Shown: in pieces, positions 44,171 through 53,082 of the stretch
How positions within the stretch are numbered: position 1 is the stretch's first letter
Layout of the letters: every line of letters starts with the position of its first letter
Assembly (NCBI GenBank): GCA_031394155.1
Contig: JANMWW010000288.1
Coordinates: 1 to 59,249 of the forward strand
Source of the DNA: Chloroflexota bacterium
GTDB lineage: Bacteria > Chloroflexota > Limnocylindria > P2-11E
Direction of reading: 5' to 3'
Length of the DNA stretch: 59,249 nt
Made by a program: the position numbers and the translations under genes
Notes under the pieces: model-generated
The model's input: the letters and a program-made list of their open reading frames with translations, nothing else
Told to the model about the DNA's origin: nothing
Databases searched by the model: none

Positions 44171-44848
44171 ATGCACGTCCTCTTGGTGGAGGACGATCCC
44201 TCGGTCAGGGGCGCGGTCGAGCGGGCACTGCGGGGCGCGGGCCACAAGGTGGACCAGGTCACCGCGGGCGACAAGGGTCTCGCCGCAGCGACAGCCACCC
44301 CCTACGACGCGATCGTCTTGGACCGCGGCCTTCCGGGCCTCGATGGACTCGAGGTCTGCCGGCAGCTGCGCGCCGCGGGGAGCACCGTCCCGATCCTCAT
44401 GCTGACCGCACGCGCCGCGGTCACCGAGCGGGTCGAAGGCCTCGACGCGGGCGCCGACGACTACGTCGTGAAGCCGTTCGCGCTCGACGAGCTCCTCGCG
44501 CGGCTGCGGGCCTTCGAGCGCCGTTCGCCCGCGACGGGTCAGGCGCGCGGCGTGCTGCGCTTCGAGGACCTCGAGCTCGACCGCGATGCGATGACCGCGC
44601 ACCGCGCGGGACGCGAGATCACGCTCTCGCGGACGGAATACCAGCTGCTCGAGCTGTTGCTGTCGAACCCCAAGCGCGTTCTGAGCCGCGACGTGATCTT
44701 CGAAAAGGTGTGGGGCTACGACTTCGGCCCTGACTCGAACTCGCTCGACGTGTACATCGGCTACCTGCGGCGCAAGCTCGAGACAGACGGCGAGCCGCGG
44801 CTCATCCACACGGTGCGCGGCGTCGGATACGTGATGAGAGACGCATGA
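44171..44848 (+). CDS. OmpR/PhoB-family response regulator
   Basis: MHVLLVEDDPSVRGAV..AIVLDRGLPGLDG..MLTAR..GADDYVVKPF, then a winged helix ..LSRTEYQLLELL..LDVYIGYLRRKL..GVGYVM. Confidence 0.9.
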   Translation: MHVLLVEDDPSVRGAVERALRGAGHKVDQVTAGDKGLAAATATPYDAIVLDRGLPGLDGLEVCRQLRAAGSTVPILMLTARAAVTERVEGLDAGADDYVVKPFALDELLARLRAFERRSPATGQARGVLRFEDLELDRDAMTAHRAGREITLSRTEYQLLELLLSNPKRVLSRDVIFEKVWGYDFGPDSNSLDVYIGYLRRKLETDGEPRLIHTVRGVGYVMRDA

Positions 44849-46200
44849 CCTTCAGCGTTCGCGTCGCCCTCATGACCGCGATCGCCGTCGCCGTCGCGGC
44901 GATCGGTTCGACCGTGCTCATGTACTTCGTGGTGCAGACGCAGCTGCTCTCGCAGTTCGACAACACGCTGGTAGAAGCAGCGAGCGGCGTGCGCGAACAA
45001 TCGACCGGCGGCCGAGGCGGTCCCGGCCGGTTCCCCGGCGGCCCGACGGGTGGCCTCTCCGGCCGCTCCGATGTCGCGGCTCAGCTGATCAACAGCACAA
45101 CTGGGCAGGTGGGACGCTCTGACGCTCAACCGGTAGTAGCGCTGGTCACGCCCGAAGCCGTCGAGGTCGCAAGCGGAGCACGTTCCGCGTGGTGGTTCGA
45201 TACGACGATCGAAGGCTCGCATCTGCGGGTCTACGTGGCACCGACGAATTCGAGGGGGACCGCGGTCGAGGTATGGGCCCCGCTGAACGCGATCGACAAT
45301 GCGCTGGCGGAGACCCGCATCCGGCTGGCGCTCGTCGCACTTGGGGCCGTCCTCCTTGCCGGCGCGCTCGGCACGGTCGTCGCGCGCGCCGCACTGACGC
45401 CGGTCCGCCGACTCACCAACATCGTCGAGGATGTCGCACGCACGCGGAACCTCTCGCAGCGGGTGACTAGCGAGGCGTCAGGGGACGAGCTCGGTCGCCT
45501 CGCAGCATCCTTCAACGTCATGCTGGCAGAGCTTGAGACGGCGGTGCAGTCGCAGCGCCAGCTCGTCGCCGACGCATCGCACGAGCTGCGCACACCGCTG
45601 ACGAGCCTGCGCACGAACCTGGAGCTCCTCGAGCGCGGCCAACCCACCGATCCGGCCGAGCGACAGCAGGTCCTCGGGGAGCTCGTCGGTCAGATGGAGC
45701 GCCTGTCGACGCTGGTGTCCGACCTCATCGACCTCGCGCGCGACGAGCAGACGCAGCTGCTAGTCGAAGACGTGCACCTCGACGCGATCGCCACCGACGC
45801 CATCGCCGAGATGCGCATGCGGTATCCGGACGTCCGCTTCGAGCTCGACCAGAGCGCGACCGCGGTCGACGTGGTGCGCGGAGTGCGCTCGCGGATCCTG
45901 CGCGCGGTGACGAACCTCCTCGACAACGCCGGGAAGTGGAGCCCAAATGGCGGCCTTGTGGAGGTCACGGTGCGCGGGAATGAGGTGACGGTGCGTGACC
46001 ACGGCCCGGGCATCGCGCCAGAGGACGAGCCCCGGGTGTTCGACCGCTTTTGGCGCGCGCCCGCGGCCCGGCAGCTCCCGGGCTCTGGACTCGGCCTGGC
46101 GATCGTGAAGGACGTGGCCGACACTCACGGCGGCCGGGTGACCCTGGAGCGACCCAGCGGCGGCGGGGCATTTTTCAGACTTCGTTTGGGGAGCTCTTAA
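44845..46200 (+). CDS. HAMP-domain sensor histidine kinase
   Basis: ATGA overlap with the RR. Two TM segments flank a periplasmic region of about 130 aa. HAMP domain (LTPVRRLTNIVEDVA), H-box LVADASHELRTPLTS, and HATPase (NLLDNAGKWS, DHGPGI, GLGLAIVKDVADTHGG). Confidence 0.9.
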   Translation: MTFSVRVALMTAIAVAVAAIGSTVLMYFVVQTQLLSQFDNTLVEAASGVREQSTGGRGGPGRFPGGPTGGLSGRSDVAAQLINSTTGQVGRSDAQPVVALVTPEAVEVASGARSAWWFDTTIEGSHLRVYVAPTNSRGTAVEVWAPLNAIDNALAETRIRLALVALGAVLLAGALGTVVARAALTPVRRLTNIVEDVARTRNLSQRVTSEASGDELGRLAASFNVMLAELETAVQSQRQLVADASHELRTPLTSLRTNLELLERGQPTDPAERQQVLGELVGQMERLSTLVSDLIDLARDEQTQLLVEDVHLDAIATDAIAEMRMRYPDVRFELDQSATAVDVVRGVRSRILRAVTNLLDNAGKWSPNGGLVEVTVRGNEVTVRDHGPGIAPEDEPRVFDRFWRAPAARQLPGSGLGLAIVKDVADTHGGRVTLERPSGGGAFFRLRLGSS

Positions 46201-46244
46201 CCAAAACTCAGGCAACCCCGCCCCACGCGTGTTGTCCTTGTCAC

Positions 46245-46544
46245 ATGGCAGCGCACCGCGAACCGACCAGGAAAGGCGCGGCGGCTCCCCTGATCCGCTC
46301 GAGCGTGTTCCTCCGTGGACTCGCGACCGCGACCACGCTCACGTCGCTCGGCGGCATGACGTCCTTCGCCGCGACGCACGTGCAAAACACCGCCGCGCCG
46401 CTCCAGCCGTCGGCCTCCACGACGACCGCCGTGACACCAGTGGCCACAGGAACGACCGCGACCACGACGACCCGACGATCCACCACGATCACGGGCGCGA
46501 CGACCACGACGACGACCGCACGCACCAATACGAAGTCGTCGTGA
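46245..46544 (+). CDS. hypothetical Thr-rich small protein with an N-terminal hydrophobic (signal/anchor-like) segment
   Basis: Internal ATG 46245 of track ORF 46050..46544: MAAHREPTRKGAAAPLIRSSVFLRGLATATTLTSLGGMTSFAATHV.., then a low-complexity T/A-rich tail. G/C-rich third positions. The stop overlaps the next GTG (GTGA). There is no clear RBS. Confidence 0.45.
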   Translation: MAAHREPTRKGAAAPLIRSSVFLRGLATATTLTSLGGMTSFAATHVQNTAAPLQPSASTTTAVTPVATGTTATTTTRRSTTITGATTTTTTARTNTKSS

Positions 46545-47107
46545 GCCTCTCGGTTCTTCAGGCGGGCGAGACGCTCTGGATCGTCGCCCGATCCACCGGC
46601 GTGGCGTCGCTCATCGCGCTCTCGCTGTCACTGCTGACGGGCATGGCGCTGCGACCAAAGTCGCTCACCTGGCTCTCCACGAACCGCGCGCTCAGCGAGC
46701 TGCACGGCTACGCGACCGTGCTCTGGCTCCCGCTCGGCCTCGCCCACGTCGTCGCCCTGCTCTTCGATCCGTATGCCAAGGTCGGCCTCGCCGACCTCGT
46801 CATCCCCTTCGCGGTGTCGTACGGGACGTTCGCGATCGGACTCGGGACGATCAGCGTCGAGCTGCTCATCGTCGTGCTCGTCGCCGCGTGGTCGCGAAGC
46901 CGGCTCTCGCGAGGGCAGTGGCTCGCGTTCCACCGCCTCTCCTATGTCGCGTTCGCCGCGGCGTTCCTCCATGGGGTCCTGTCAGGCACCGACCTCGCGT
47001 ACCCGTGGCTCATGGGCATCGCGTGGCTCGTTGCCGGGATCCTCACGCTCTTCGGCGTCGAGCGCATCCGACACGCGCTGCGGTCAGTGTCCGCCGCTCT
47101 CGCGTAG
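46541..47107 (+). CDS. ferric-reductase-like transmembrane (bis-heme b) domain protein
   Basis: GTG 46541 gives VSLSVLQAGETLWIVARSTG.. There are six predicted TM segments. The His pairs HGYATVLWLPLGLAH (H-x13-H) and HRLSYVAFAAAFLH (H-x12-H) are typical heme ligands of this domain. There is no FAD/NAD domain. Confidence 0.75.
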   Translation: MSLSVLQAGETLWIVARSTGVASLIALSLSLLTGMALRPKSLTWLSTNRALSELHGYATVLWLPLGLAHVVALLFDPYAKVGLADLVIPFAVSYGTFAIGLGTISVELLIVVLVAAWSRSRLSRGQWLAFHRLSYVAFAAAFLHGVLSGTDLAYPWLMGIAWLVAGILTLFGVERIRHALRSVSAALA

Positions 47108-47110
47108 CGC

Positions 47111-47668
47111 CTAGGGCTTCCAGTCTTTCCGCGATACGTGTGCACCGACGCCCGAGTCGGCTGCGGCCGGATATTGCTCCATGCGGTCGTAGAGCCACTC
47201 GAACCATTCGAAGGCGGTCGGTGTGGCCATTCGGAATTGCCCGATGTAGCCGCGACACTTCCGCCAGGTGAGCCGCACCATACCGCCGATGAGATCGTCG
47301 GCCATGTGCAGCGGGATCGCGCGCGAGTACACGAGATAGCCCAGGTTCTCGAACTTCACGAACGTCTCGATGAGCGCCTGCTCGAGCTCGGGGCCGAGCG
47401 CGTGGATCGCGTCCGGAGTTGCGTCGTCCGCGAGCTCGAAGATCTTTCGCACGGATCGCGAGAAGAGCTCCGGCGGCTGGGTCGTCTTCATGAGCGTGAG
47501 CGCGGTCTCCTGACGCCGCTGCCGCACGAAGGCGACGAACTGGTATGCGGCGAAGATGAAGCCACCGACGACCGTGGACGTCGAGATCACCGCGAACGCG
47601 ATCTGCAGCTCTGTCGGCACCGCACCCTCCGCGCGCTTCTGGAATGATGCGCTGATGCCGCGTGTCAT
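47111..47668 (-). CDS. hypothetical single-TM protein (possibly DUF4760-like)
   Basis: 185 aa. The N-terminal TM segment is LQIAFAVISTSTVVGGFIFAAYQFVAFV. The soluble part is ..FVKFENLGYLVYSRAIPLHMADDLIGG.. The family assignment is from memory only. Confidence 0.6.
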   Translation of the reverse strand: MTRGISASFQKRAEGAVPTELQIAFAVISTSTVVGGFIFAAYQFVAFVRQRRQETALTLMKTTQPPELFSRSVRKIFELADDATPDAIHALGPELEQALIETFVKFENLGYLVYSRAIPLHMADDLIGGMVRLTWRKCRGYIGQFRMATPTAFEWFEWLYDRMEQYPAAADSGVGAHVSRKDWKP

Positions 47669-48473
47669 GGCTGGTCCGGTCGAGCTGTATTACGAATCCC
47701 TGGGCGAGGGCACACCGCTGGTGCTCCAGGCGCACGACCACACGCCGTGGCTCTTCGGGCAGGCGCCGGTCTTCTCGCAGCGCTACCGGTTCCTCACCTA
47801 CGACCGTCGCGGCACGGGCCGCTCTTCGAGCCCGCCGGGTGACTGGACCGCGGCCGACCTTGCGAACGACCTGGTGCGCTTCCTCGATGCGCTCGGCATC
47901 GACAAGGCGATCGTGGGCGGCTCGAGCCTCGGCGGCGTCGTGACCGCGCAGTTCGCGGTGGACCATCCTGGGCGTGCGCTCGCGCTGATCATCGGCCACA
48001 CCGTGCCGTATCTCGATGCCGAGGGCCGCGCGTGGCTCGAGGGCGAGATCGAGACCGCGCGCGCTGGACGTCCTGCGATCGTGCGCCAGCCGCGATCGAG
48101 CGCGGATGAACGAGAGGGTCCGCCCACCACCGACCCCGTGTTCGCCGCATCGCCGTGGGGCAGGATGACGGCGGCCACGGGCACAGGCCTTGGGCGGACG
48201 CCCGACGATCGTGCCCGTGCGATCGCGGTGCTGCGCGACTGGGATCAGCGCACGCGCAAAGCCGATCTCGCGAAGATCGATGTGCCGACCCTTGTCATCG
48301 TCGGCGAGCACGAGCCGGCCGTCGAAGGTGCGCGGGAGTGGGCGAGCTGGATCCCGGGAGCACGCCTCGTCGTACTCCCAGGCGCGCATCACGCGGCTCA
48401 CCGTGAGGCGGCGCCGGCGTGGAACGCGGCCATCCAGCGCTTCCTGGACGAGAACGGGCTGGGAGGAAAATGA
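47655..48473 (+). CDS. alpha/beta-fold hydrolase
   Basis: [28 protein letters not shown].., YDRRGTGRS, and the nucleophile elbow GGSSLGG. The start is either ATG 47655 or ATG 47667. Confidence 0.85.
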   Translation: MPRVMAGPVELYYESLGEGTPLVLQAHDHTPWLFGQAPVFSQRYRFLTYDRRGTGRSSSPPGDWTAADLANDLVRFLDALGIDKAIVGGSSLGGVVTAQFAVDHPGRALALIIGHTVPYLDAEGRAWLEGEIETARAGRPAIVRQPRSSADEREGPPTTDPVFAASPWGRMTAATGTGLGRTPDDRARAIAVLRDWDQRTRKADLAKIDVPTLVIVGEHEPAVEGAREWASWIPGARLVVLPGAHHAAHREAAPAWNAAIQRFLDENGLGGK

Positions 48474-48477
48474 GCTG

Positions 48478-50181
48478 ATGACTGGAACGGCGGCACCGCG
48501 GAACAAAGGACAGTCGGCCCACCGGCTTGTTCGTTCACCGCGCGGGTCCCAGCTCTCGTGCCTGGCGTGGCCGCAGGAAGCCGCGTTCCGCATGATCCAG
48601 AACAACCTCGATCCCGAGGTCGCGGAGAAACCGGACGAGCTCATCGTGTACGGCGGCACCGGTCGCGCCGCGCGTTCGTGGCCCGCGTTCGATCGCATCC
48701 TCGAGACGCTGCAGCGCCTGAAGAACGACGAGACCCTCCTCGTGCAATCGGGCAAGCCCGTCGGCGTGTTCCGCACGCACGAGTGGGCGCCGCGCGTGCT
48801 CATCGCGAACAGCCTCCCCGGGCCCCGCTGGGCGACGTGGGAGAAGTTCCGCGAGCTCGAAGCGCTTGGTCTGACGATGTACGGGCAGATGACCGCGGGC
48901 TCGTGGATCTACATCGGCACGCAGGGGATCCTGCAGGGGACGTACGAGACGTTCGCCGCGGTCGCGCGCAAGCACTTCGGCGGATCGCTCAAGGGCACGC
49001 TCACCGTCACCGCGGGCCTTGGGGGCATGGGCGGCGCGCAACCCCTCGCGATCACGATGAACGAAGGCGTCGGACTCATCGTCGAAGTCGATGCGGCGCG
49101 CGCGGAGCGTCGATTGGCGCAGGGCTTCCTTGATGAGATCGCGACGGACCTCGACGCGGCGCTGGCGACCGTCGAGCAGCATCGCAAGGCTGGAACGCCG
49201 CGAAGCGTCGCGCTCATCGCGAACGCCGCGGCGATCCTGCCCGAGCTGGTTCGTCGTGGAGTTCACGTTGACGTCGTGACCGATCAGACCAGCGCCCACG
49301 ACCCGCTTGACGGATACGTGGCTTTTAAGGGATCCGTAACCTCGGAGCAGAGCCGAAGCGACATGGCATCGCTGCGGGCGAGCGATCCTGAGGCGTACAT
49401 AAAGCTCTCGCGCGAAACGATCGCGCGCCACTGCGAGGCGATCGTCGCCCTTGCGAAGAGTGGCGCGGTCGCTTTCGATTACGGCAACAACCTGCGAGGC
49501 GAGGCGCAGACCGCAGGCTACGCGGAGGCCTTCGCCTATCCCGGCTTCGTGCCCGCGTACATCCGTCCGCTCTTCGCTGAAGGACGAGGCCCGTTCCGCT
49601 GGGTCGCGCTCTCGGGTGATAAGAAGGACATTGCGCGCACGGATCGCCTTGTGACCGAGCTCTTCCCGCACGACGAGACGCTTACGCGCTGGATCCGCCT
49701 GGCGCAGGAGCGCGTCCCGTTCCAGGGCCTGCCGGCGCGTGTGTGCTGGCTTGGCTACGGCGAGCGCGCCGAGTTCGGGGAGCGAATTGACGAGCTGGTC
49801 GAGAGCGGCGAGATCAGCGCGCCGATCGTGATCGGGCGCGACCATCTGGACTCTGGCTCCGTCGCGTCACCGTTCCGCGAGACCGAGAACATGCGTGATG
49901 GCAGCGACGCCATTGCCGACTGGCCGATCCTCAACGCGCTCGTGAACACGGCGGCCGGCGCGACCTGGGTCTCCGTGCATCACGGTGGCGGCGTCGGCAT
50001 CGGCAACTCGATCCACGCCGGCATGGTCTGCGTCGCCGATGGGACGGCACTCGGCCGCGAAAAGCTGCGCCGCGTGCTCACCACCGATCCGGGCACCGGC
50101 GTCATGCGACATGCCGACGCGGGTTACCCCGAGGCGCTGGACGTCGCGCGCGACCGCGGCGTCGACCTCCCGAGCTCGTGA
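48478..50181 (+). CDS. hutU: urocanate hydratase
   Basis: Internal ATG 48478, preceded by GGGAGGAAA. ..[35 protein letters not shown].., [32 protein letters not shown]. Confidence 0.93.
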   Translation: MTGTAAPRNKGQSAHRLVRSPRGSQLSCLAWPQEAAFRMIQNNLDPEVAEKPDELIVYGGTGRAARSWPAFDRILETLQRLKNDETLLVQSGKPVGVFRTHEWAPRVLIANSLPGPRWATWEKFRELEALGLTMYGQMTAGSWIYIGTQGILQGTYETFAAVARKHFGGSLKGTLTVTAGLGGMGGAQPLAITMNEGVGLIVEVDAARAERRLAQGFLDEIATDLDAALATVEQHRKAGTPRSVALIANAAAILPELVRRGVHVDVVTDQTSAHDPLDGYVAFKGSVTSEQSRSDMASLRASDPEAYIKLSRETIARHCEAIVALAKSGAVAFDYGNNLRGEAQTAGYAEAFAYPGFVPAYIRPLFAEGRGPFRWVALSGDKKDIARTDRLVTELFPHDETLTRWIRLAQERVPFQGLPARVCWLGYGERAEFGERIDELVESGEISAPIVIGRDHLDSGSVASPFRETENMRDGSDAIADWPILNALVNTAAGATWVSVHHGGGVGIGNSIHAGMVCVADGTALGREKLRRVLTTDPGTGVMRHADAGYPEALDVARDRGVDLPSS

Positions 50182-50196
50182 CGGCTGGCGAGTAGG

Positions 50197-50661
50197 CTAG
50201 GTCGCTCCCGCGAACTGCGGCCCGAAGAGTTCAACGAGCACGCGAAGCATTTCGCGGTCTCCGCCGACGTACATGACGATCACGCGTTCCTTGCGGTAGA
50301 AGTGTGCAGGCCCTGACGGAAGCGGAGCGCCGTCGCTCGTGACCTGCACTCGAAAGCCCCCCGCGATCTGCGTGGCATCCTCATCCGCGACGCGCCGACC
50401 GTCGCGTCCTAGATCGGTGTCGTCGTAGTCAAACGACAGCATTGTCGCCCGGCCCTCGATACCACCACCGCTCACCGCCAGTCCCGTCGCCCGGACGTCG
50501 AGCGGGATCACGCCTGTCTGACCAATGGGTTCCACAGAGAAGCCGCGCGACCTCAGGTTGTCGACAAAGCTGACGTGATCCCGTACCGGTCCGCCGTGGG
50601 ATAACACGGGACCGCAGCCGACCGCGACGGCGATCAGAGCGAACAGGAACAGCCGCGTCAT
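50197..50661 (-). CDS. hypothetical lipoprotein
   Basis: C-terminal 154 aa of track ORF 50197..52230: MTRLFLFALIAVAVGCGPV.. (lipobox-like). The ATG overlaps the upstream stop (ATGA at 50658-50661). I recognise no family. Confidence 0.65.
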   Translation of the reverse strand: MTRLFLFALIAVAVGCGPVLSHGGPVRDHVSFVDNLRSRGFSVEPIGQTGVIPLDVRATGLAVSGGGIEGRATMLSFDYDDTDLGRDGRRVADEDATQIAGGFRVQVTSDGAPLPSGPAHFYRKERVIVMYVGGDREMLRVLVELFGPQFAGAT

Positions 50662-51794
50662 GCCGGCGCCGGATGTCCGATGGCGCGTTCTCTCTCGGCC
50701 GCCGTGCCGCGCGATACGACGGCGAGTGCGATCGCGATCAAGAGAACGACACCCGCCGCGTGATAGACGGGCACCCAGAGATCGTGGACTTGGACGAGCT
50801 GCATCAGGGACCACGAGACGAAGAGTCCGGCGAGCGCCAGGACGCGTTGCTTTGACGGAAGCGCCAGCGCTCGCGGCAGCGTCAAAGCGAAGAGCGGCAG
50901 CGACGTGATGAGGAACGTGGTCCAGAAGAACCCGAACGGCGCCAGATATGGAGCCAGCGCGAGCGCGATGTGGTGCCATTCGGTCTCGCGCGCCGGATCG
51001 CGGAGCGCCATGCGACCGCAGGCGACGCCGCACAGGAGCGCTGCCAGGGCAAGCAGGATCGGGAACGCATCGGACCACAGGATGGGGACGAGATACGCGG
51101 GCTCCTCTCGCTCGAGATGTATGCGTGCCCAGGCAGGATCCGCATACCTGGGCAAGAGCTCGATGTAGTTCAGCGTGTGCGCCCAGAGCAGCGGGAGCGT
51201 GACCGCGAGCGCGAGGATGCCGAACAGGAACGCACGCAGCACGATCCGGCCGCGCCCCGCCGCGATGTAGAAGGGCAGGAGGATCGCCGGGAGGAACTTG
51301 ATCCCGACCGCGGCCGCAAGCCCGAGCGCCGAGCGGTTCACGTGCGCGCGCCAGTGCCACGCGAGGAGCGCCAGGGCCAGCGAGATGAGATCGACGTTGC
51401 CCAGCGTGACCTCGAGGACCGTCGGCAGGAAGAACACATAAGCGGCCGCAGCCCAGGGGCGGGCTGCGTGGGGCAGCGGCTTGATGAGGACGTAACCAAC
51501 GACGATCGCAAGCGCCACTTCGACGACGAGGAAGATCCTGATGGCCACGTCGATCGAGAACGGCAGCAGTGCGATGAAGGGGACCGCAACGACCGGGAGG
51601 TAGTGGAATTCGTCGGGTGTGCCGAGTGTCGCGTCCGGAAGCGCGTACATGCGTGCGCCGCCGAGGAGATGCTGCGCCGCGAGCCAGTAGGCGCGCGAGT
51701 CGTATCCGAGCGGCAGCGCGAGCGCGACGGCCACCGCGGCGACCACAGCGAGAGCGAAGACCGCCACACCCAGTGCCCAGACGAGCTTCGACAC
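50658..51794 (-). CDS. GT87 / DUF2029-family polytopic membrane glycosyltransferase (GT-C type)
   Basis: 378 aa with a GTG start and about 10 TM segments. The pattern ..DSRAYWLAAQHLLGGARMY..YLPVVAVPFIALLPFS.. resembles polyprenol-phosphate-mannose-dependent mannosyltransferases. Confidence 0.75.
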   Translation of the reverse strand: MSKLVWALGVAVFALAVVAAVAVALALPLGYDSRAYWLAAQHLLGGARMYALPDATLGTPDEFHYLPVVAVPFIALLPFSIDVAIRIFLVVEVALAIVVGYVLIKPLPHAARPWAAAAYVFFLPTVLEVTLGNVDLISLALALLAWHWRAHVNRSALGLAAAVGIKFLPAILLPFYIAAGRGRIVLRAFLFGILALAVTLPLLWAHTLNYIELLPRYADPAWARIHLEREEPAYLVPILWSDAFPILLALAALLCGVACGRMALRDPARETEWHHIALALAPYLAPFGFFWTTFLITSLPLFALTLPRALALPSKQRVLALAGLFVSWSLMQLVQVHDLWVPVYHAAGVVLLIAIALAVVSRGTAAERERAIGHPAPA

Positions 51795-51809
51795 GCTCAG
51801 GGGTGCCGC

Positions 51810-52043
51810 CTACTCGCGATCGTCCGGCGTTGTCACCGGCTCGGGCTCGAACGTCGGCCGCGAGACAAAGTCGACGCGTCGATGCGAGCCGTCGCAGTAC
51901 GGCTTCGTGCCGGAGTGGCCGCAGCGGCAGAGCTTGATGGTCCGGCCCCCGGCCACGGCGATCACGTTCCCGTCGGCGTCCTCGATCGTGATCGGACCCT
52001 CGACGATGTACGGGCCATTCGGCTGGATCCGGATCGGGCTCAT
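51810..52043 (-). CDS. CDGSH iron-sulfur domain protein
   Basis: Internal ATG 52043: MSPIRIQPNGPYIVEGPITIEDADGNVI..LCRCGHSGTKPYCDGSH. ATGA overlap with the upstream gene. Confidence 0.8.
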   Translation of the reverse strand: MSPIRIQPNGPYIVEGPITIEDADGNVIAVAGGRTIKLCRCGHSGTKPYCDGSHRRVDFVSRPTFEPEPVTTPDDRE

Positions 52044-52552
52044 GTTGGGTTCTCGTTCTGATAGCGCCCCTTGTATCCCTCCGCCGTAGCTGTGGAGAGG
52101 CGGAAGAACACGAGCTGCAGCACGCGGGCTCCGCGCTGCAGGCGCCAGCCGCGCGCGTTGAGCACCGACAGAAGCCCCTCGCCGCGACCTGAGTAGCCGG
52201 CGTCCCACACCGCGGCGTGGATCGCGACACCGGACCGCAGCAGTGTCGATCTCGGCCGCGCGAGTGCCATCAGATCGTGCGGCAGGTTCACCTTTTCACG
52301 GTAGGTGATGACGTACGCGCCACGATGCAGATCCCACCACCCGTCGTTGTCCGACTGCAGGTCCTCACGCGCCGCGGGCTCGCGCAGCGCGTCCGAAGCC
52401 CCGAGGAGGCCCGGCGACGTCAGGCGCTGGATGCGCTCAACGCGCAGGTCGATGCCGTTCGCCTGGATCTGCACGTCGGCATCGATCCCCTCGACGAGCG
52501 GCGGGTCACCCGCGACCGCGGCGCGGAGCTCCTCACGCGACAGCACTGACAT
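52040..52552 (-). CDS. dCTP deaminase / dUTPase-superfamily protein
   Basis: 170 aa. ..ANGIDLRV.., RSTLLRSGVAIHAAVWDAGYSGRGE, ARVLQLVFFRL.., YKGRYQNE: signatures of the trimeric dUTPase-like fold. Confidence 0.75.
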   Translation of the reverse strand: MSVLSREELRAAVAGDPPLVEGIDADVQIQANGIDLRVERIQRLTSPGLLGASDALREPAAREDLQSDNDGWWDLHRGAYVITYREKVNLPHDLMALARPRSTLLRSGVAIHAAVWDAGYSGRGEGLLSVLNARGWRLQRGARVLQLVFFRLSTATAEGYKGRYQNENPT

Positions 52553-52581
52553 GCCGCGAAGTATGCGTATTGTTCGCAGGC

Positions 52582-53055
52582 ATGGCTCCTGGCAAGACGG
52601 TCTCCGGCTCGAAAACGGTGATGGCTCGCACGATGCTGCCGTCAGACGCGAATCCGTACGGCAACGTGCACGGCGGCGAGATCATGAAGCTCATCGATGC
52701 GTGCGCCGGCGCCGCCGCGACGCGCCATGCCCGCGGGCGTGTCGTGACGGCCTTCGTCGACGGACTCTCTTTCGTGTCACCGGTGTACGTCGGGTACCTC
52801 GTGACTGCGAAGGCATCGGTGAACCATGTCGGCAAGACGAGCATGGAGGTCGGCGTCCGCGTTGAGTCCGAAGATCTGCTCACGGGCAAGGTCGCCCATG
52901 TCTCTTCGGCGTACCTGGTCTTCGTTTCGACGGACGACAAGGGCCAGCCGGTCCCGCTACCGCCGTTGATCGCCGAGACCGACGAGGAGCGCCGCCGCAT
53001 GCGGTCGGCCGAGGAACGAAGGGCTCAGCGCTTGCAGCGCGCTCAATCGACTTAG
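52582..53055 (+). CDS. hotdog-fold acyl-CoA thioesterase
   Basis: ..MLPSDANPYGNVHGGEIMKLIDACAGAAA.. A TTG at 52570 is an alternative start. Confidence 0.85.
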   Translation: MAPGKTVSGSKTVMARTMLPSDANPYGNVHGGEIMKLIDACAGAAATRHARGRVVTAFVDGLSFVSPVYVGYLVTAKASVNHVGKTSMEVGVRVESEDLLTGKVAHVSSAYLVFVSTDDKGQPVPLPPLIAETDEERRRMRSAEERRAQRLQRAQST

Positions 53056-53082
53056 ACTCTCGCGCGTTCGGGAGGTGAACTC

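Noticed and set aside
46400-46540. ACG/ACC-rich repetitive DNA, considered as a tandem repeat or CRISPR-like array
   Set aside because: There is no regular repeat-spacer periodicity. It is simply the codon-level consequence of a Thr-rich low-complexity coding tail.
47043-49845. Long minus-strand ORFs 47043..48803 (586 aa) and 48535..49845 (436 aa)
   Set aside because: They are antisense or alternate-frame to the alpha/beta hydrolase and hutU genes, which carry definitive motifs. Their composition is low-complexity and Arg/Asp-rich.
50662-52230. Upstream 523 codons of the 677-aa ORF 50197..52230
   Set aside because: It overlaps the GT87, CDGSH and dUTPase-like genes in another frame and is Arg-rich with no motifs. 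Only the C-terminal 154 aa (the lipoprotein) are credible.
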